Shown: one piece after another, positions 52,995-62,824 of the stretch
Position numbering within the stretch: position 1 is the first letter of the stretch
Layout: every line of letters begins with the position of its first letter
NCBI GenBank assembly: GCA_964291495.2
Contig: OZ219872.1
Location: 160,001 to 224,000, forward strand
Reading direction: 5' to 3'
Origin: Dehalococcoidia bacterium
GTDB lineage: Bacteria; Chloroflexota; Dehalococcoidia; UBA2979
DNA length: 64,000 nucleotides
Position numbers and translations under genes: made by a program
Notes under the pieces: model-generated
What the model was told of the DNA's origin: nothing
The model's input: the letters and a program-made list of their open reading frames with translations, nothing else
Databases searched by the model: none

Positions 52995-53768
52995 ATGAGC
53001 GGCGAACCCGGCGCCGATCGCGGTGCGGCCTCGCCGGACGCCGCGCGCGAGGACACACACAACGTCGACGGTCTGCGCGCCATCATGGCGCGCCTCTACG
53101 CGCCCGGCGGCTGCCCCTGGGACGGCGAGCAGACGCACGAGTCGCTGCGCGGCTCGCTGATCGAGGAAGGCTACGAAGCCGTCGAGGCGATCGATCGCGG
53201 CGACCTTGCGGGGCTGAGCGAGGAGCTCGGCGATCTGCTGATGCAGATCGTCTTCCACACGACGATCGCCGAGGCGGCGGGCGACTTCAGCTTCGACGAG
53301 GTGGTCGAGGCGATCTGCCTCAAGATGCTGCGCCGCCACCCCCACGTCTTCGGCGGCGAGGAGGCCTCCGACAGCAGCGAGGTGTGGGCGCGCTGGGAGC
53401 AGATCAAGGCGCAGGAGCGCGCCGACTCAGGCGTGGACGAATCGCCCGCGAGCGCGCTCGCCTCGTTGCCTCGCGCCTTGCCGGCGCTGCAACGGGCCCA
53501 GTCGCTGATCGGCCGTGCCGAGCGCTCGGGGATCGCTCCCGCGGACGCGCCACCGCTCGAGGCGCTCGGCGCTGCCATCGAGGAGCTGCGGGCGCAGGAT
53601 GGCGCGGACGGCGCGGGAGACCGCGGGGAGACGCTGGGCGCGCTGCTCTGGGCCGTTGCGCGCTACGCCCGCACGCACGACATCGACGCGGAGAGCGCGC
53701 TGCGCGAGCGCGCGGGCCGCTACATCGAGGCTGTCGCCGATGCGGCCGGGGAGGACGGGTCCGGCTAG
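52995..53768 (+). CDS. mazG: MazG nucleoside triphosphate pyrophosphohydrolase
   Basis: GCPWDGEQTHESL, EELGDLLMQIVFH, RRHPHVF, WEQIK, LPALQRA. Confidence 0.93.
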   Translation: MSGEPGADRGAASPDAAREDTHNVDGLRAIMARLYAPGGCPWDGEQTHESLRGSLIEEGYEAVEAIDRGDLAGLSEELGDLLMQIVFHTTIAEAAGDFSFDEVVEAICLKMLRRHPHVFGGEEASDSSEVWARWEQIKAQERADSGVDESPASALASLPRALPALQRAQSLIGRAERSGIAPADAPPLEALGAAIEELRAQDGADGAGDRGETLGALLWAVARYARTHDIDAESALRERAGRYIEAVADAAGEDGSG

Positions 53769-54352
53769 CTGTCCAGCGCGCCCTCAAGCAGGGAGCGCAG
53801 CTCGCTGAGTTGCGCGTGCCGCCAGCCGACCGAGCGCTCCCACGTCGCGTCCATGTAGCGCGCGCGAGCGTCGTCGAACTCCGGGCTGCCGCGCTCGACG
53901 CCCTCCATGATCTCGCGCAGCGGGGCCATCTCCGCGTTGGCGAGCTCGGGCCGCTCGATCCAGTGGCCGAGCTCGTTGTGGTCGGCGTCGTAGAAGACGA
54001 TCGTGGGGATCGACTCGAACTCGCCGTCCTTGAGGAACTCGGACATGATGTCGTTGTTCTGGTCGCGGAAGAACATGCGCAGTTCCATGCCTGCGCGCTC
54101 GGCGATCTTCGCGATCACCGGCAGCCCTCGCCAGACGTCGGGGCACCAGTGCTCGCCGAGCACGAGCGCCTTGACGCCGTGCGAGCCGACGAGCGAGGCG
54201 ACGGCGGCGAGGTCGTCGGCGTCCGGCTCGTACTCGTCATAGTGGCGCTGGAACTCGGCCTCGCGCCCCTCGATCGCGTCCATCCACTCGCCGAACGAGC
54301 GAATGCCGCTCGCGAAGCGCTCCGGGGTGACGACGGAAGTCTCGCTGGTCAT
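53765..54352 (-). CDS. Thioredoxin-like protein, single-Cys WCPDV
   Basis: LVLGEHWCPDV, FFRDQN, SIPTIVF, WIERP. Confidence 0.85.
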   Translation of the reverse strand: MTSETSVVTPERFASGIRSFGEWMDAIEGREAEFQRHYDEYEPDADDLAAVASLVGSHGVKALVLGEHWCPDVWRGLPVIAKIAERAGMELRMFFRDQNNDIMSEFLKDGEFESIPTIVFYDADHNELGHWIERPELANAEMAPLREIMEGVERGSPEFDDARARYMDATWERSVGWRHAQLSELRSLLEGALDS

Positions 54353-54443
54353 CGGATCCTCCTGCTGTTGCCTTCAGACCGACGCCCCGTTGCGGGCGCC
54401 GGGCATCGAGGATACACCCGCGCGCGAGTGGATGAGCGCCGCC

Positions 54444-55115
54444 TCAGCCCTGGCTGGACCTCGATCCGCCGACCGTCTCCGCGGCCGGCTCGCGTTCCGC
54501 GTCCTCCTGGAAGTCGGGCCGAGGCGGGCGCGTGACCGGCTGGATCATCTCGGCCGCCGCGGCGGCCCGGGCGGCGCGGCGGCGACGGCGGGTCGGCTGT
54601 TCCTCGACGGGGGCGCGCTCCTCCTCGACAGCGGCGGGTTCCTCGGCGGGCTCGGGCGCCGCGGGTTGCTCGCGAGGCACGGCGCAGTAGGGGCAGTGAC
54701 GCCAGGAGTTCATCAGCAGGCGCTCGCAGCTCTGGCACGGCTGCTTCAGCTCGTTGCTGCAGAAGGCGCAGATCATCCACTCGCCATCGATCGGCCGCCG
54801 ACACTCCGGGCAGGTGGGCGCCGCCTGCAGTTCCGAGAGGATCGCCTCCTGCTCGAGCTCGCGGTCGTAGGCCTCGCGCAGCGTCAGCGAGGGTCGCACC
54901 GCGAGGTAGACGGGGTAGCCGATCAGCGGCAGAAAGAGCATGACCGAGAGGCCAGCCAGCCGGGTCACGAAGTCGCGCGTGCGGCTGCGCATGTCGCGCC
55001 AGGCCCAGAACAGCGAAGCGATCCAGATGAGGAAGAGGTAGGCGCCGACGACCACGCCGAGGATCCTGGCGATCGTCAGGATGTTGCCCGGCACGCTGTC
55101 GATCAGGGTGTCCAC
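54444..55115 (-). CDS. Membrane protein with a double zinc ribbon
   Basis: Two transmembrane segments, YLAVRP, then CPEC..CAFC..CQSC..CPYC. SD AAGGAG. Confidence 0.85.
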   Translation of the reverse strand: MDTLIDSVPGNILTIARILGVVVGAYLFLIWIASLFWAWRDMRSRTRDFVTRLAGLSVMLFLPLIGYPVYLAVRPSLTLREAYDRELEQEAILSELQAAPTCPECRRPIDGEWMICAFCSNELKQPCQSCERLLMNSWRHCPYCAVPREQPAAPEPAEEPAAVEEERAPVEEQPTRRRRRAARAAAAAEMIQPVTRPPRPDFQEDAEREPAAETVGGSRSSQG

Positions 55116-55239
55116 GCGCGCTCCTTCGCTCGTCCCGCACGCTCGCCCCGCCAGCACACAGAGCGTACCATGAGGCCGCCGGGCCCGCCGTCGGCGCATT
55201 CCCGGCTGCGCTACCGCTCCCATCCCACACGAAGGCCTC

Positions 55240-57471
55240 ATGAGCGCCGCCACTGACGTCCTGCACGGCCTCAACGAGGCGCAGCGCCGCGCCGTCGAGG
55301 CGCCCGACGGGGCGCTGCTGATCCTCGCCGGGCCCGGCTCCGGCAAGACGCGCGTGATCGCGCATCGCATCGCCTGGCTCGTGCGGGCCGGCGATGTGGC
55401 GCCGTGGCGCATCCTGGCCGTGACCTTCACCAACAAGGCCGCGCGCGAGATGCGCGAGCGCACCGCGCTGCTGCTCGGCGGCGACGCGCACGGCGTCACG
55501 CTCGGCACCTTCCACTCCGTCTGCGCCCGCATCCTGCGTCGCGACGGCGAGGCGATCGGCCTGCCGTCCGACTTCGTGATCTACGACCGCGACGACCAGC
55601 TCGGGCTGATCCGCCGCGCCCAGCAGGCGCTCAGCATCGACCCGAAGCGCTGGCCGCCCGGCGCGCTGCTCTCCGCCATCTCCGCCGCCAAGAACGAGCG
55701 GCGCGACGCCTCGACGACGCTGCGCGACGCCGGCTCCTACTTCGAGGAACTCGTTGGCCGCACCTTCGAGCACTACCAGCAGGCACTGCGCAACAGCGGC
55801 GCGGTCGATTTCGACGACCTGCTCGGGGAGACGCTGCGGCTGTTCGAGCAGCATCCGGATGTCCGTGACCGCTACGCGGAGCGCTACCGCCACGTGCTGA
55901 TCGACGAGTTCCAGGACACGAACCTCGTGCAGTACCGCCTCGCCCACGAGCTGGCGAGCGCGCACGGGGCGATCACCGCGGTCGGCGACCCGGACCAGTC
56001 GATCTACTCCTGGCGCGCCGCCGACGTGCGCAACCTCCAGCACTTCGAGCGCGACTTCCCGGACGCGCAGGTGATCCTGCTGGAGCAGAACTACCGCTCC
56101 ACCGGCCGCATCCTGCAGGCCGCCCACGCGTTGATCGATCGCGCCAGCGAACGGCGCGAGCGCGCGCTCTGGACCGAGAACCCCGAGGGCGACCCGATCA
56201 TCGTCGAGGAGCTCTACGACGGCGACGAGGAGGGCCACTTCGTCGCCCTCGAGATCTCGCGCCAGCTGCGCGAGGAGGGCCGCGAGTTCGCGGACTTCGC
56301 GGTGATGTACCGCACCAACGCCCAGTCGCGCGCCATCGAGGAGGCGTGCATCCAGCAGGGCATCCGCTACCGCATCGTCGGCGGCACGCGCTTTTACGAC
56401 CGGCGCGAGATCCGCGACCTGCTCGCGTACCTGCGGCTGATCCACAACCACGCCGACGCGATGGCGTTCCGGCGCATCGTCAACGTCCCCGCCCGCGGCA
56501 TCGGCGCGCGCTCGCTCGAGCGCATCCAGCAGGCCGCCGAGCAGCTCGAACGTCCGTTGCTGGCGATCGCGGCGATGATCGCGCGCGGCGACGAGGATCC
56601 CGCGCTGCCGCAGCTGCGCGGCGACATCCGCCTCGCCCTCCGCGACTTCGTGGCCCTGATCGACCGCCTCAGCGCCGCCGCCGATGCGCAGAGCGTGTCC
56701 GGCCTGCTCGGCGAGGTGCTCGCGGAGACCCGCTACCGCGAGCACCTCGAGCGCTCCGAGGAGGAGCGCGCCGAGCTGCGCTGGGAGAACGTGGAGGAGC
56801 TGCTCAACGTCGCCGCCCAGTACGAGGACCTCGAGGGCGAGGCCTCGCTCGCCACCTTCCTCGAGGAAGTCGCGCTCGTCGCCGACGTTGACGACCCCGG
56901 TGCGGACACGCCCGACGCGGTCACACTGACCACGCTGCACGCGGCGAAGGGCCTCGAGTTTCCCGTCGTCTTCATGCCCGGCGTCGAGGAGGGCCTGCTC
57001 CCGCACTTCCGATCGCTCGACGACCCCTCGCAGATGGAGGAGGAGCGGCGCGTCTGTTATGTCGGCATCACGCGCGCCCAGGAGCGCCTCTACCTCACGA
57101 GGGCGCGACGGCGGCAGCGCCAGGGGCGCTACCAGCCTGCCCTGCCCTCGCGCTTCCTCGAAGACCTGCCGGAGAGCGTGACGATGAGCGCGAGCGGCGG
57201 CCGGGCGCGCACGCGGCCCACGCGCAGCGCCCGCGAGCGCCGCGCCGAGATCGCGCAGTGGCGGAGGGCGGACCAGGACGAGGCAGACGACGGCGCCGTC
57301 GACGAGCCGCGCTACGCCCCCGGCGACAAGGTCGAGCACGCGACGTTCGGCCCCGGCGTCGTCGTCTCCTGCGAGCTGCTGCGCGGCGACCAACAGGTCA
57401 CGGTCGCCTTCGAGGACAAGGGCGTGAAGAAGCTCCTGCTCTCACTCGCGCCGCTCGAGCCGCGCGCGTAG
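55240..57471 (+). CDS. pcrA: UvrD/PcrA helicase
   Basis: AGPGSGKT, TFTNKAAREM, DEFQDTN, VGDPDQSIY, LEQNYRST, TLHAAKGLEF, C-terminal Tudor-like domain. Confidence 0.97.
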   Translation: MSAATDVLHGLNEAQRRAVEAPDGALLILAGPGSGKTRVIAHRIAWLVRAGDVAPWRILAVTFTNKAAREMRERTALLLGGDAHGVTLGTFHSVCARILRRDGEAIGLPSDFVIYDRDDQLGLIRRAQQALSIDPKRWPPGALLSAISAAKNERRDASTTLRDAGSYFEELVGRTFEHYQQALRNSGAVDFDDLLGETLRLFEQHPDVRDRYAERYRHVLIDEFQDTNLVQYRLAHELASAHGAITAVGDPDQSIYSWRAADVRNLQHFERDFPDAQVILLEQNYRSTGRILQAAHALIDRASERRERALWTENPEGDPIIVEELYDGDEEGHFVALEISRQLREEGREFADFAVMYRTNAQSRAIEEACIQQGIRYRIVGGTRFYDRREIRDLLAYLRLIHNHADAMAFRRIVNVPARGIGARSLERIQQAAEQLERPLLAIAAMIARGDEDPALPQLRGDIRLALRDFVALIDRLSAAADAQSVSGLLGEVLAETRYREHLERSEEERAELRWENVEELLNVAAQYEDLEGEASLATFLEEVALVADVDDPGADTPDAVTLTTLHAAKGLEFPVVFMPGVEEGLLPHFRSLDDPSQMEEERRVCYVGITRAQERLYLTRARRRQRQGRYQPALPSRFLEDLPESVTMSASGGRARTRPTRSARERRAEIAQWRRADQDEADDGAVDEPRYAPGDKVEHATFGPGVVVSCELLRGDQQVTVAFEDKGVKKLLLSLAPLEPRA

Positions 57472-57490
57472 GCCCGAGGCGAGTGACGGC

Positions 57491-58039
57491 ATGGTCTGGA
57501 TCGTCGCGCCGCTGTCAGCAGTAGTCGCGGCCCTGCTGGCGCTCATCGGCGTGGGTCTCGCGCTGCCTCGGAAGCACGTCGCGGCGCGGCGCATGCGGCT
57601 GCGGCGGCCGCCGGAGGAGGTGTGGGCGCGCATCCGCGACCACGCCGCCGAGCCGGGCTGGCGATCGAAGCTCGACCGCGTCGAGCGTCTGCCCGACGAG
57701 GGCGGGCGCGAGCGCTGGAAGGAGCTGCAGGGCCGGTCCGCCCTCACCTTCGAAACCCTGGATGCCGACCCTCCCAGCAAACTCGTACGCCGCATCGTGG
57801 ACGAGAAGCTGCCCTTCGGCGGCTCGTGGACCATCGAGGTCACGGGCGACGGCGCGAGTGGGTCGGTCGTCGCCGTCACCGAGCACGGCGAGGTCAAGCA
57901 CCCGCTGTTCCGCGTGATCAGCCGCTTCGTAATCGGCCACACGAGGACGATCGACGGCTACCTGCGGGACATCGCGGCGAGCCTCGGTGAGGACGCCGAG
58001 CCGGAGCCCGCCGAGCCGGCGGGCCCGCCCGGTTCGTAG
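57491..58039 (+). CDS. SRPBCC family protein with an N-terminal TM
   Basis: LPRKHVA..PPEEVW..LPFGGSWT..VTEHGEV.HPLFR. Confidence 0.85.
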   Translation: MVWIVAPLSAVVAALLALIGVGLALPRKHVAARRMRLRRPPEEVWARIRDHAAEPGWRSKLDRVERLPDEGGRERWKELQGRSALTFETLDADPPSKLVRRIVDEKLPFGGSWTIEVTGDGASGSVVAVTEHGEVKHPLFRVISRFVIGHTRTIDGYLRDIAASLGEDAEPEPAEPAGPPGS

Positions 58040-58048
58040 CGAAGAGCG

Positions 58049-58903
58049 TCAGCCGGCGAGGAGGCCAGCGAGCGTCTCGTCGTCGATGGCGGCGGCCATC
58101 AGCTCGCCGGCGCGCTCGGCCTTGGCCTCGCCGGCGAACGCCGAGCGCCCGAAGCTGCCCTCGATGTCGCGCACGGTCTCGACCGTGCCCTCGGGCGCGA
58201 GCAGCAGCGTGGTGCGCCGCGAGGAGGCGACGCGGTCCAGCAGGTAGGGGCTGGGTTCGCCGCCGCCGCTGAGGATCAGGCACTCCGGATCCACGCGCAG
58301 CGCGGCGAGGGCGACGTCGACCTTCTCCGCGCGCGTCACGACGGCGCTGCGCGCGAAGCGAGCGAAGTAGTCGTCACCGGCGTCCGAGGCGATCGGCCCG
58401 ACGACGATGTGCTCGCAGATTGCCGCGTCGCCCTCGGTCGAGCGGGCGAGCACCTGCGCCCGGCTTGCCGCGATCAGCGTGCCGACGGTCGGGGCGGCGA
58501 GCAGCCGGTCCTCAGGCAGGGCGAGCGGGCCGCCCGCGCGCGCGTGTGTGGCGAGGGCGATCGCACCGTTCGAAGCGCCTGCGTCGCCTGCGCCCTCGCG
58601 AGCGACGCTGATCAGCCGCGCGCCGAGCTCGGCGGCGAGCGCCGCGCCGTCCGCGCCCGCGGGAGCCTCGGCGATCACGACCTCGTCGCCCTCGGCGGAC
58701 AGTGCGGACGCCTCGACGGGCATTCCCCCGGCGCGGGCGAACTCGAGAGCGGCGAAGGCGGTTGCGTCGGCCTCGGCGCGGGCGTCGCCGGCGAGACGTT
58801 CGAGGCGCGCTGACCGCCCGGAGGCGGCGAGCCGGTGCGCCAGCCCGGCGGCGACGGTGCTCGCGCCGGCCTCGGCGGATCCGGCGACGAGGATCAGCGG
58901 CAT
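58049..58903 (-). CDS. DRTGG-domain protein (Pta N-terminus-like)
   Basis: LPEDRLLAAPTV, AVVTRAEKVDVALAAL, CLILSGG.EP, LL...GT.ET. Confidence 0.75.
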   Translation of the reverse strand: MPLILVAGSAEAGASTVAAGLAHRLAASGRSARLERLAGDARAEADATAFAALEFARAGGMPVEASALSAEGDEVVIAEAPAGADGAALAAELGARLISVAREGAGDAGASNGAIALATHARAGGPLALPEDRLLAAPTVGTLIAASRAQVLARSTEGDAAICEHIVVGPIASDAGDDYFARFARSAVVTRAEKVDVALAALRVDPECLILSGGGEPSPYLLDRVASSRRTTLLLAPEGTVETVRDIEGSFGRSAFAGEAKAERAGELMAAAIDDETLAGLLAG

Positions 58904-58952
58904 GGCGGCATCCTCGTCACGTCCCTCCCCTGTGGCTCCGCGCCCGGCGTGG

Positions 58953-59028
58953 TGGTGCCGAGGGGCAGATTTGAACTGCCGACACCGCGATTTTCAGTCG
59001 CGTGCTCTACCAACTGAGCTACCTCGGC
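58953..59028 (-). tRNA. tRNA-Phe (GAA)
   Basis: GCCGAGGTAGCTCAGTTGGTAGAGCACGCGACT-GAA-AATCGCGGTGTCGGCAGTTCAAATCTGCCCCTCGGCACCA, 76 nt with encoded CCA. Confidence 0.98.
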
Positions 59029-59119
59029 GCGCGCGTGGATCGTACGCGAGGGCGCGAGGGCGAACAACAGCACTCGCGCCGTCAGTTGGCCTGGTGGATC
59101 GCCCTCCCCGGGCAGTGCG

Positions 59120-59536
59120 CTACTCCTCGTAGCCTTCCGGCGGCTCCTCGAACGTCAGGTGGCGGTGCTTGATCTTCCACTCGCCGTCGACCTTGACCAG
59201 CTTGTCGCGGTAGACGCCGGTGACGCCCGTGCTGGAGGCCGCGCCGGTGTTCACCATCATCAGCATGGTGGTCATCGACGCCTCGTCGCCGTCGCCATCG
59301 ATAACGGGGTTGCCCATCCAGTGGCGGCTGCCGGTGTCGCCGCCGATCTTGCCCGCCCCCGCCGAGAATGCCCTTAGTGCGTCGTGGCCCTCGAACAGGC
59401 CGACGGGCCGCGCGTCGAAAACACCGTCCGGCGTGAAGCAGTTCGCGTAGTCGTCCGGCTGAATGAAGTCGAAGGCCTGCGCGTAGCGGTAGGCGAGGTT
59501 GAGGATCGCGAGGTGGTCCTCGACGGGCAGCGGCAT
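59120..59536 (-). CDS. SnoaL-like/NTF2 family protein
   Basis: EDHLAILNLAYRYA..FTPDGVF..SRHWMGNPVI..GVYRDKLVKVDGEWKI. Confidence 0.88.
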   Translation of the reverse strand: MPLPVEDHLAILNLAYRYAQAFDFIQPDDYANCFTPDGVFDARPVGLFEGHDALRAFSAGAGKIGGDTGSRHWMGNPVIDGDGDEASMTTMLMMVNTGAASSTGVTGVYRDKLVKVDGEWKIKHRHLTFEEPPEGYEE

Positions 59537-59642
59537 GACCGCACTCCTTCCCGGGCCGCTCCGGCGGCCCGACGCGGGGGCAGCATAGCAAGCTGTTCCC
59601 GCGTCGGGAGTCCCGCAGTCGGCCGACCCGCGAGAGTCGCGA

Positions 59643-60851
59643 CTACGAGGCGCCGGCCGGCGTCGCCTCCGGGTCGAACTCGGGAATCAGCTGCTCGCCG
59701 ACCAGGCGCATGCTCTTCTTGATCGCCTCGTGGGAGAGGTTGCCGACCTGCTGGAAGCACATCAGCCGGTCCAGGCCGATGTCGCGGTAGCGCTGCATCT
59801 TCTTCCGGCAGGTGTCGACGTCGCCGATGATCACCGTGTCCTGCTTGTTGAGGATCTCGTAGGCCTCCTCGTTGGTGATGTGCTCGCCGGAGACCATGCG
59901 GTTGAGCAGCCGCGTGAACTCGGTCTCCTCGACCTGCGCGGCGGCCTCCTCCTGCATCTCGGCCCACTCGGCCAGCGCGCTGCCGGGGTTGGCGGCCACG
60001 GCGGCGGCGAGCTCGTCGCCCGCCCGCAGCATGAACTCCCGCACCTCGAAGAAGTCGGACACGGTGTTGACGTACCAGGCGGCCGCGGCGGCCGCGCCGT
60101 TGTCGATCGCCTCCTGCTCGGTCTCCGCGCAGTGCACGAAGGTGAACAGCGCGACCTGGTCGTTCACGAACTTGCCGACCGGGTCGCAGTTCTTGATCTC
60201 CTCGCGGTAGATCGAGAGCATCGAGGCGACCGCCTCGATCGGGAAGTTGACGGTCGTGAGCAGCACGCCGACGCCGTTGCGCCCGGCCTGCTGGAAGCCT
60301 CCGGCGGTGCCCACCGCCTGCCAGAGCCGCGGGTGCGGCTTCTGGTAGGGCTTGGGGACGATGTTGCGGCGGTCGATCTGGAAGTTCTCGCTGTTCCAGG
60401 AGAACTCCTGCTCCGTCCAGATCGCGGGCAGCATCTCGAAGGCTTCCTGCATCTGGTTCCTGGCGTCGTCGGGGTCGATGTCGAACAGCCGCCACTCGGG
60501 CGCGGTCGAGCGCGCGAGGCCCACCTCGAGGCGGCCCTGGCTGACGTGGTCGAGGAAGGCGGCGCGCTCGGCCACGCGCACCGGATGGTTGAAGTTGAAC
60601 GGCGCGAGGACGGCGGCGTGGCCGACGCGCAGGTTCTTCGTCTGGTTGGCGATCGTCGTGAGCATGATCTCGGGCGCCGAGCTGTGGCTGAAGATGCCGG
60701 CGGCGTGGTGCTCCACCTCCCACCAGCAGCCGTAGCCGAGCTCGTCGGCAAGCCGCGCCTGCTCCAGCGTCTCCTGGATCAGGACGTGCTCGTGGTCCTC
60801 GCCCCAGGACTCCTCGGCCTTCTGAACCTCGCAAAAGATGTCGATCTTCAT
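59643..60851 (-). CDS. LLM-class flavin-dependent oxidoreductase
   Basis: [52 protein letters not shown]. Confidence 0.93.
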   Translation of the reverse strand: MKIDIFCEVQKAEESWGEDHEHVLIQETLEQARLADELGYGCWWEVEHHAAGIFSHSSAPEIMLTTIANQTKNLRVGHAAVLAPFNFNHPVRVAERAAFLDHVSQGRLEVGLARSTAPEWRLFDIDPDDARNQMQEAFEMLPAIWTEQEFSWNSENFQIDRRNIVPKPYQKPHPRLWQAVGTAGGFQQAGRNGVGVLLTTVNFPIEAVASMLSIYREEIKNCDPVGKFVNDQVALFTFVHCAETEQEAIDNGAAAAAAWYVNTVSDFFEVREFMLRAGDELAAAVAANPGSALAEWAEMQEEAAAQVEETEFTRLLNRMVSGEHITNEEAYEILNKQDTVIIGDVDTCRKKMQRYRDIGLDRLMCFQQVGNLSHEAIKKSMRLVGEQLIPEFDPEATPAGAS

Positions 60852-61031
60852 GTCCGCGCCTTCCCGACGTGCCCTCGTGTTCCAGCGGCGCAGCCTAGAC
60901 CACGTCCGCGCAACACGCAGCACCGCCGACGGCGTACCATGGATGAAGCGGCGGCGGGGATCCCAACCATCCGAGGGCATGCCTCGACCTGCCGCGATCC
61001 GCAACACACGTACGTACCGAGAGGCGCAGCG

Positions 61032-61688
61032 ATGTCCTGGTTCTTCGGCAAAAAGATGGAGCTCCCGACGGCGGAGGAGGCACTGCCGGGCCGCGACGAG
61101 CGCATGCCCGTCCCCGACGAGCACTACGTCCACGGCCGGCCCCTCGAGGGACCGTTCCCGGACGGCAGCGAGCTGGCGATGTTCGGGATGGGCTGCTTCT
61201 GGGGCGCGGAGCGCATCTTCTGGCAGCTCCCCGGCGTCTACACCACCGCCGTCGGCTACGCCGCCGGCCTCACGCCGAACCCCACCTACCGCGAGGTCTG
61301 CAGCAGCCTGACCGGCCACAACGAGGTTGTCCTCGTCGTCTTCGACCCCGAGCAGATCAGCTACGACGAGCTGCTGCGCGCCTTCTGGGAGGGGCACGAC
61401 CCGACGCAGGGCATGCGCCAGGGCAACGACGTCGGCACGCAGTACCGCTCCGGCATCTACACCTACAACGAGGCGCAGCGCGAGGCCGCCGAGCGCAGCC
61501 GCGACCAGTACCAGGAGGCGCTGCGCGCCTCCCGCTACGGCACGATCACGACCGAGATCCTCGACGCCCCCGAGTTCTACTACGCCGAGCACCCCCACCA
61601 GCAGTACCTGGCGAAGAACCCCAACGGCTACTGCGGTATCGGCGGCACCGGGGTGAGCTGCCCAGTCGGCCTGGTGCAGGCGAACTAG
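61032..61688 (+). CDS. msrA: Peptide methionine sulfoxide reductase A
   Basis: [44 protein letters not shown]. Confidence 0.97.
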   Translation: MSWFFGKKMELPTAEEALPGRDERMPVPDEHYVHGRPLEGPFPDGSELAMFGMGCFWGAERIFWQLPGVYTTAVGYAAGLTPNPTYREVCSSLTGHNEVVLVVFDPEQISYDELLRAFWEGHDPTQGMRQGNDVGTQYRSGIYTYNEAQREAAERSRDQYQEALRASRYGTITTEILDAPEFYYAEHPHQQYLAKNPNGYCGIGGTGVSCPVGLVQAN

Positions 61689-61689
61689 C

Positions 61690-62736
61690 TTGCCCTTCGG
61701 CTCGGGCGGGAGGCCGCACCTCGGCATCTCGTTCCGCACCGACGACCTCGGGGACGCGGAGCGCGCGCGGCTGAGCGCCATGCTCGGCATCGCCGAGGAG
61801 GTCGGCATCTCGCGGATCGCGATCGGCGACTCGCAGTGGTCGCACTTCGACGCCGTGATCGTCGCCACGCTGATGGCCGAGCAGACCGAGCAGGCGATGG
61901 TCGGCATCTCGCCGACGAACCCGGTGACACGCGAGCCGAGCGTGATGGCCTCGGTGCTCGCCGGCCTCGACTCGCTCTCGAAGGGTCGTGCCTGCCTCGT
62001 CATGGCCTCGGGCGACACGGCCGCCTACAACGCCGGGCTCAAGCCCGGCCGGCGCGCCATGATCGAGGACTACGTGCAGTGCATGCGCGACCTAATCCGC
62101 ACGGGCCGCGCGACCTACCAGGGCCGCGAGCAGGTGGTGCGCTGGGCGCAGTGGTCGTACCGCCCGGAGGCGATGATCTACATCCTCGCCGAGGGCCCGC
62201 GCATGCTGCACCTCGCGGGTCGCATCGGCGACGGCGTCGTGATCGGCTCCGGGCTGCTCCCGGAGACCATCGAGGACGCCCTCGAACGCATCGAGGTGGG
62301 CGCGAAGGAGTCCGGCCGCACGCTCGACGACCTCGATATCTGGTGGACGGCGCGGCCCTCGCTCGAGCGGACGATGGAGGAGGCGATCGAGGTCGCGAAG
62401 GGCAGCATCTCCTCGGCGGGCAACCACTCGATGCGCTTCGGCTTCGAGGGCAAGAACGTCCCGCCGGAGCTGGCCCCGCAGCTCGAGCGCTTCGTCGCCG
62501 GCTACGACACGACGCAGCACCAGTTCGCGCACGGCGACAACGTGCGGCGCATGGAGGAGTCCGGCCTCACCGAGTACTTCTACGAGCGGTACGGCGTCGT
62601 GGGCGATCCGCCGGCCTTCGCCGCCCGCCTCCGCGAGCTCCAGTCACGAGGCGTCGACAAGGTCTGGTTCGCCTGGGGCGCCGGCAAGCTCCACCACCTC
62701 GAGCTGCTCCGCGACGAGGTGCTTCCCGCGCTATAA
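61690..62736 (+). CDS. LLM-class (Mer-like) flavin-dependent oxidoreductase
   Basis: IGDSQ, PTNPVTREPSVMAS, LSKGRA..SGD, AEGPRML.LAG.IGDGV. Confidence 0.9.
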   Translation: MPFGSGGRPHLGISFRTDDLGDAERARLSAMLGIAEEVGISRIAIGDSQWSHFDAVIVATLMAEQTEQAMVGISPTNPVTREPSVMASVLAGLDSLSKGRACLVMASGDTAAYNAGLKPGRRAMIEDYVQCMRDLIRTGRATYQGREQVVRWAQWSYRPEAMIYILAEGPRMLHLAGRIGDGVVIGSGLLPETIEDALERIEVGAKESGRTLDDLDIWWTARPSLERTMEEAIEVAKGSISSAGNHSMRFGFEGKNVPPELAPQLERFVAGYDTTQHQFAHGDNVRRMEESGLTEYFYERYGVVGDPPAFAARLRELQSRGVDKVWFAWGAGKLHHLELLRDEVLPAL

Positions 62737-62740
62737 GCGT

Positions 62741-62770
62741 GGCATGGCCGCCCGGGGCGGCGGCTATGCC
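62741..62770 (+). terminator. Possible terminator hairpin
   Basis: GGCATGGCCGCC..GGCGGCTATGCC just after the LLM stop. No U-tract. Confidence 0.4.
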
Positions 62771-62824
62771 GTGCCGGAGCGCCGCTGAGAGATGCCCGTC
62801 GCACGTTGCGGGTGCTATCTGGAG

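Noticed and set aside
58953-59028. Island integrated at tRNA-Phe
   Set aside because: No duplicated tRNA 3' end and no adjacent integrase found in the window.
61032-61688. Selenocysteine in MsrA or in the thioredoxin-like gene at 53765-54352
   Set aside because: Both catalytic positions are ordinary Cys codons with no in-frame UGA.
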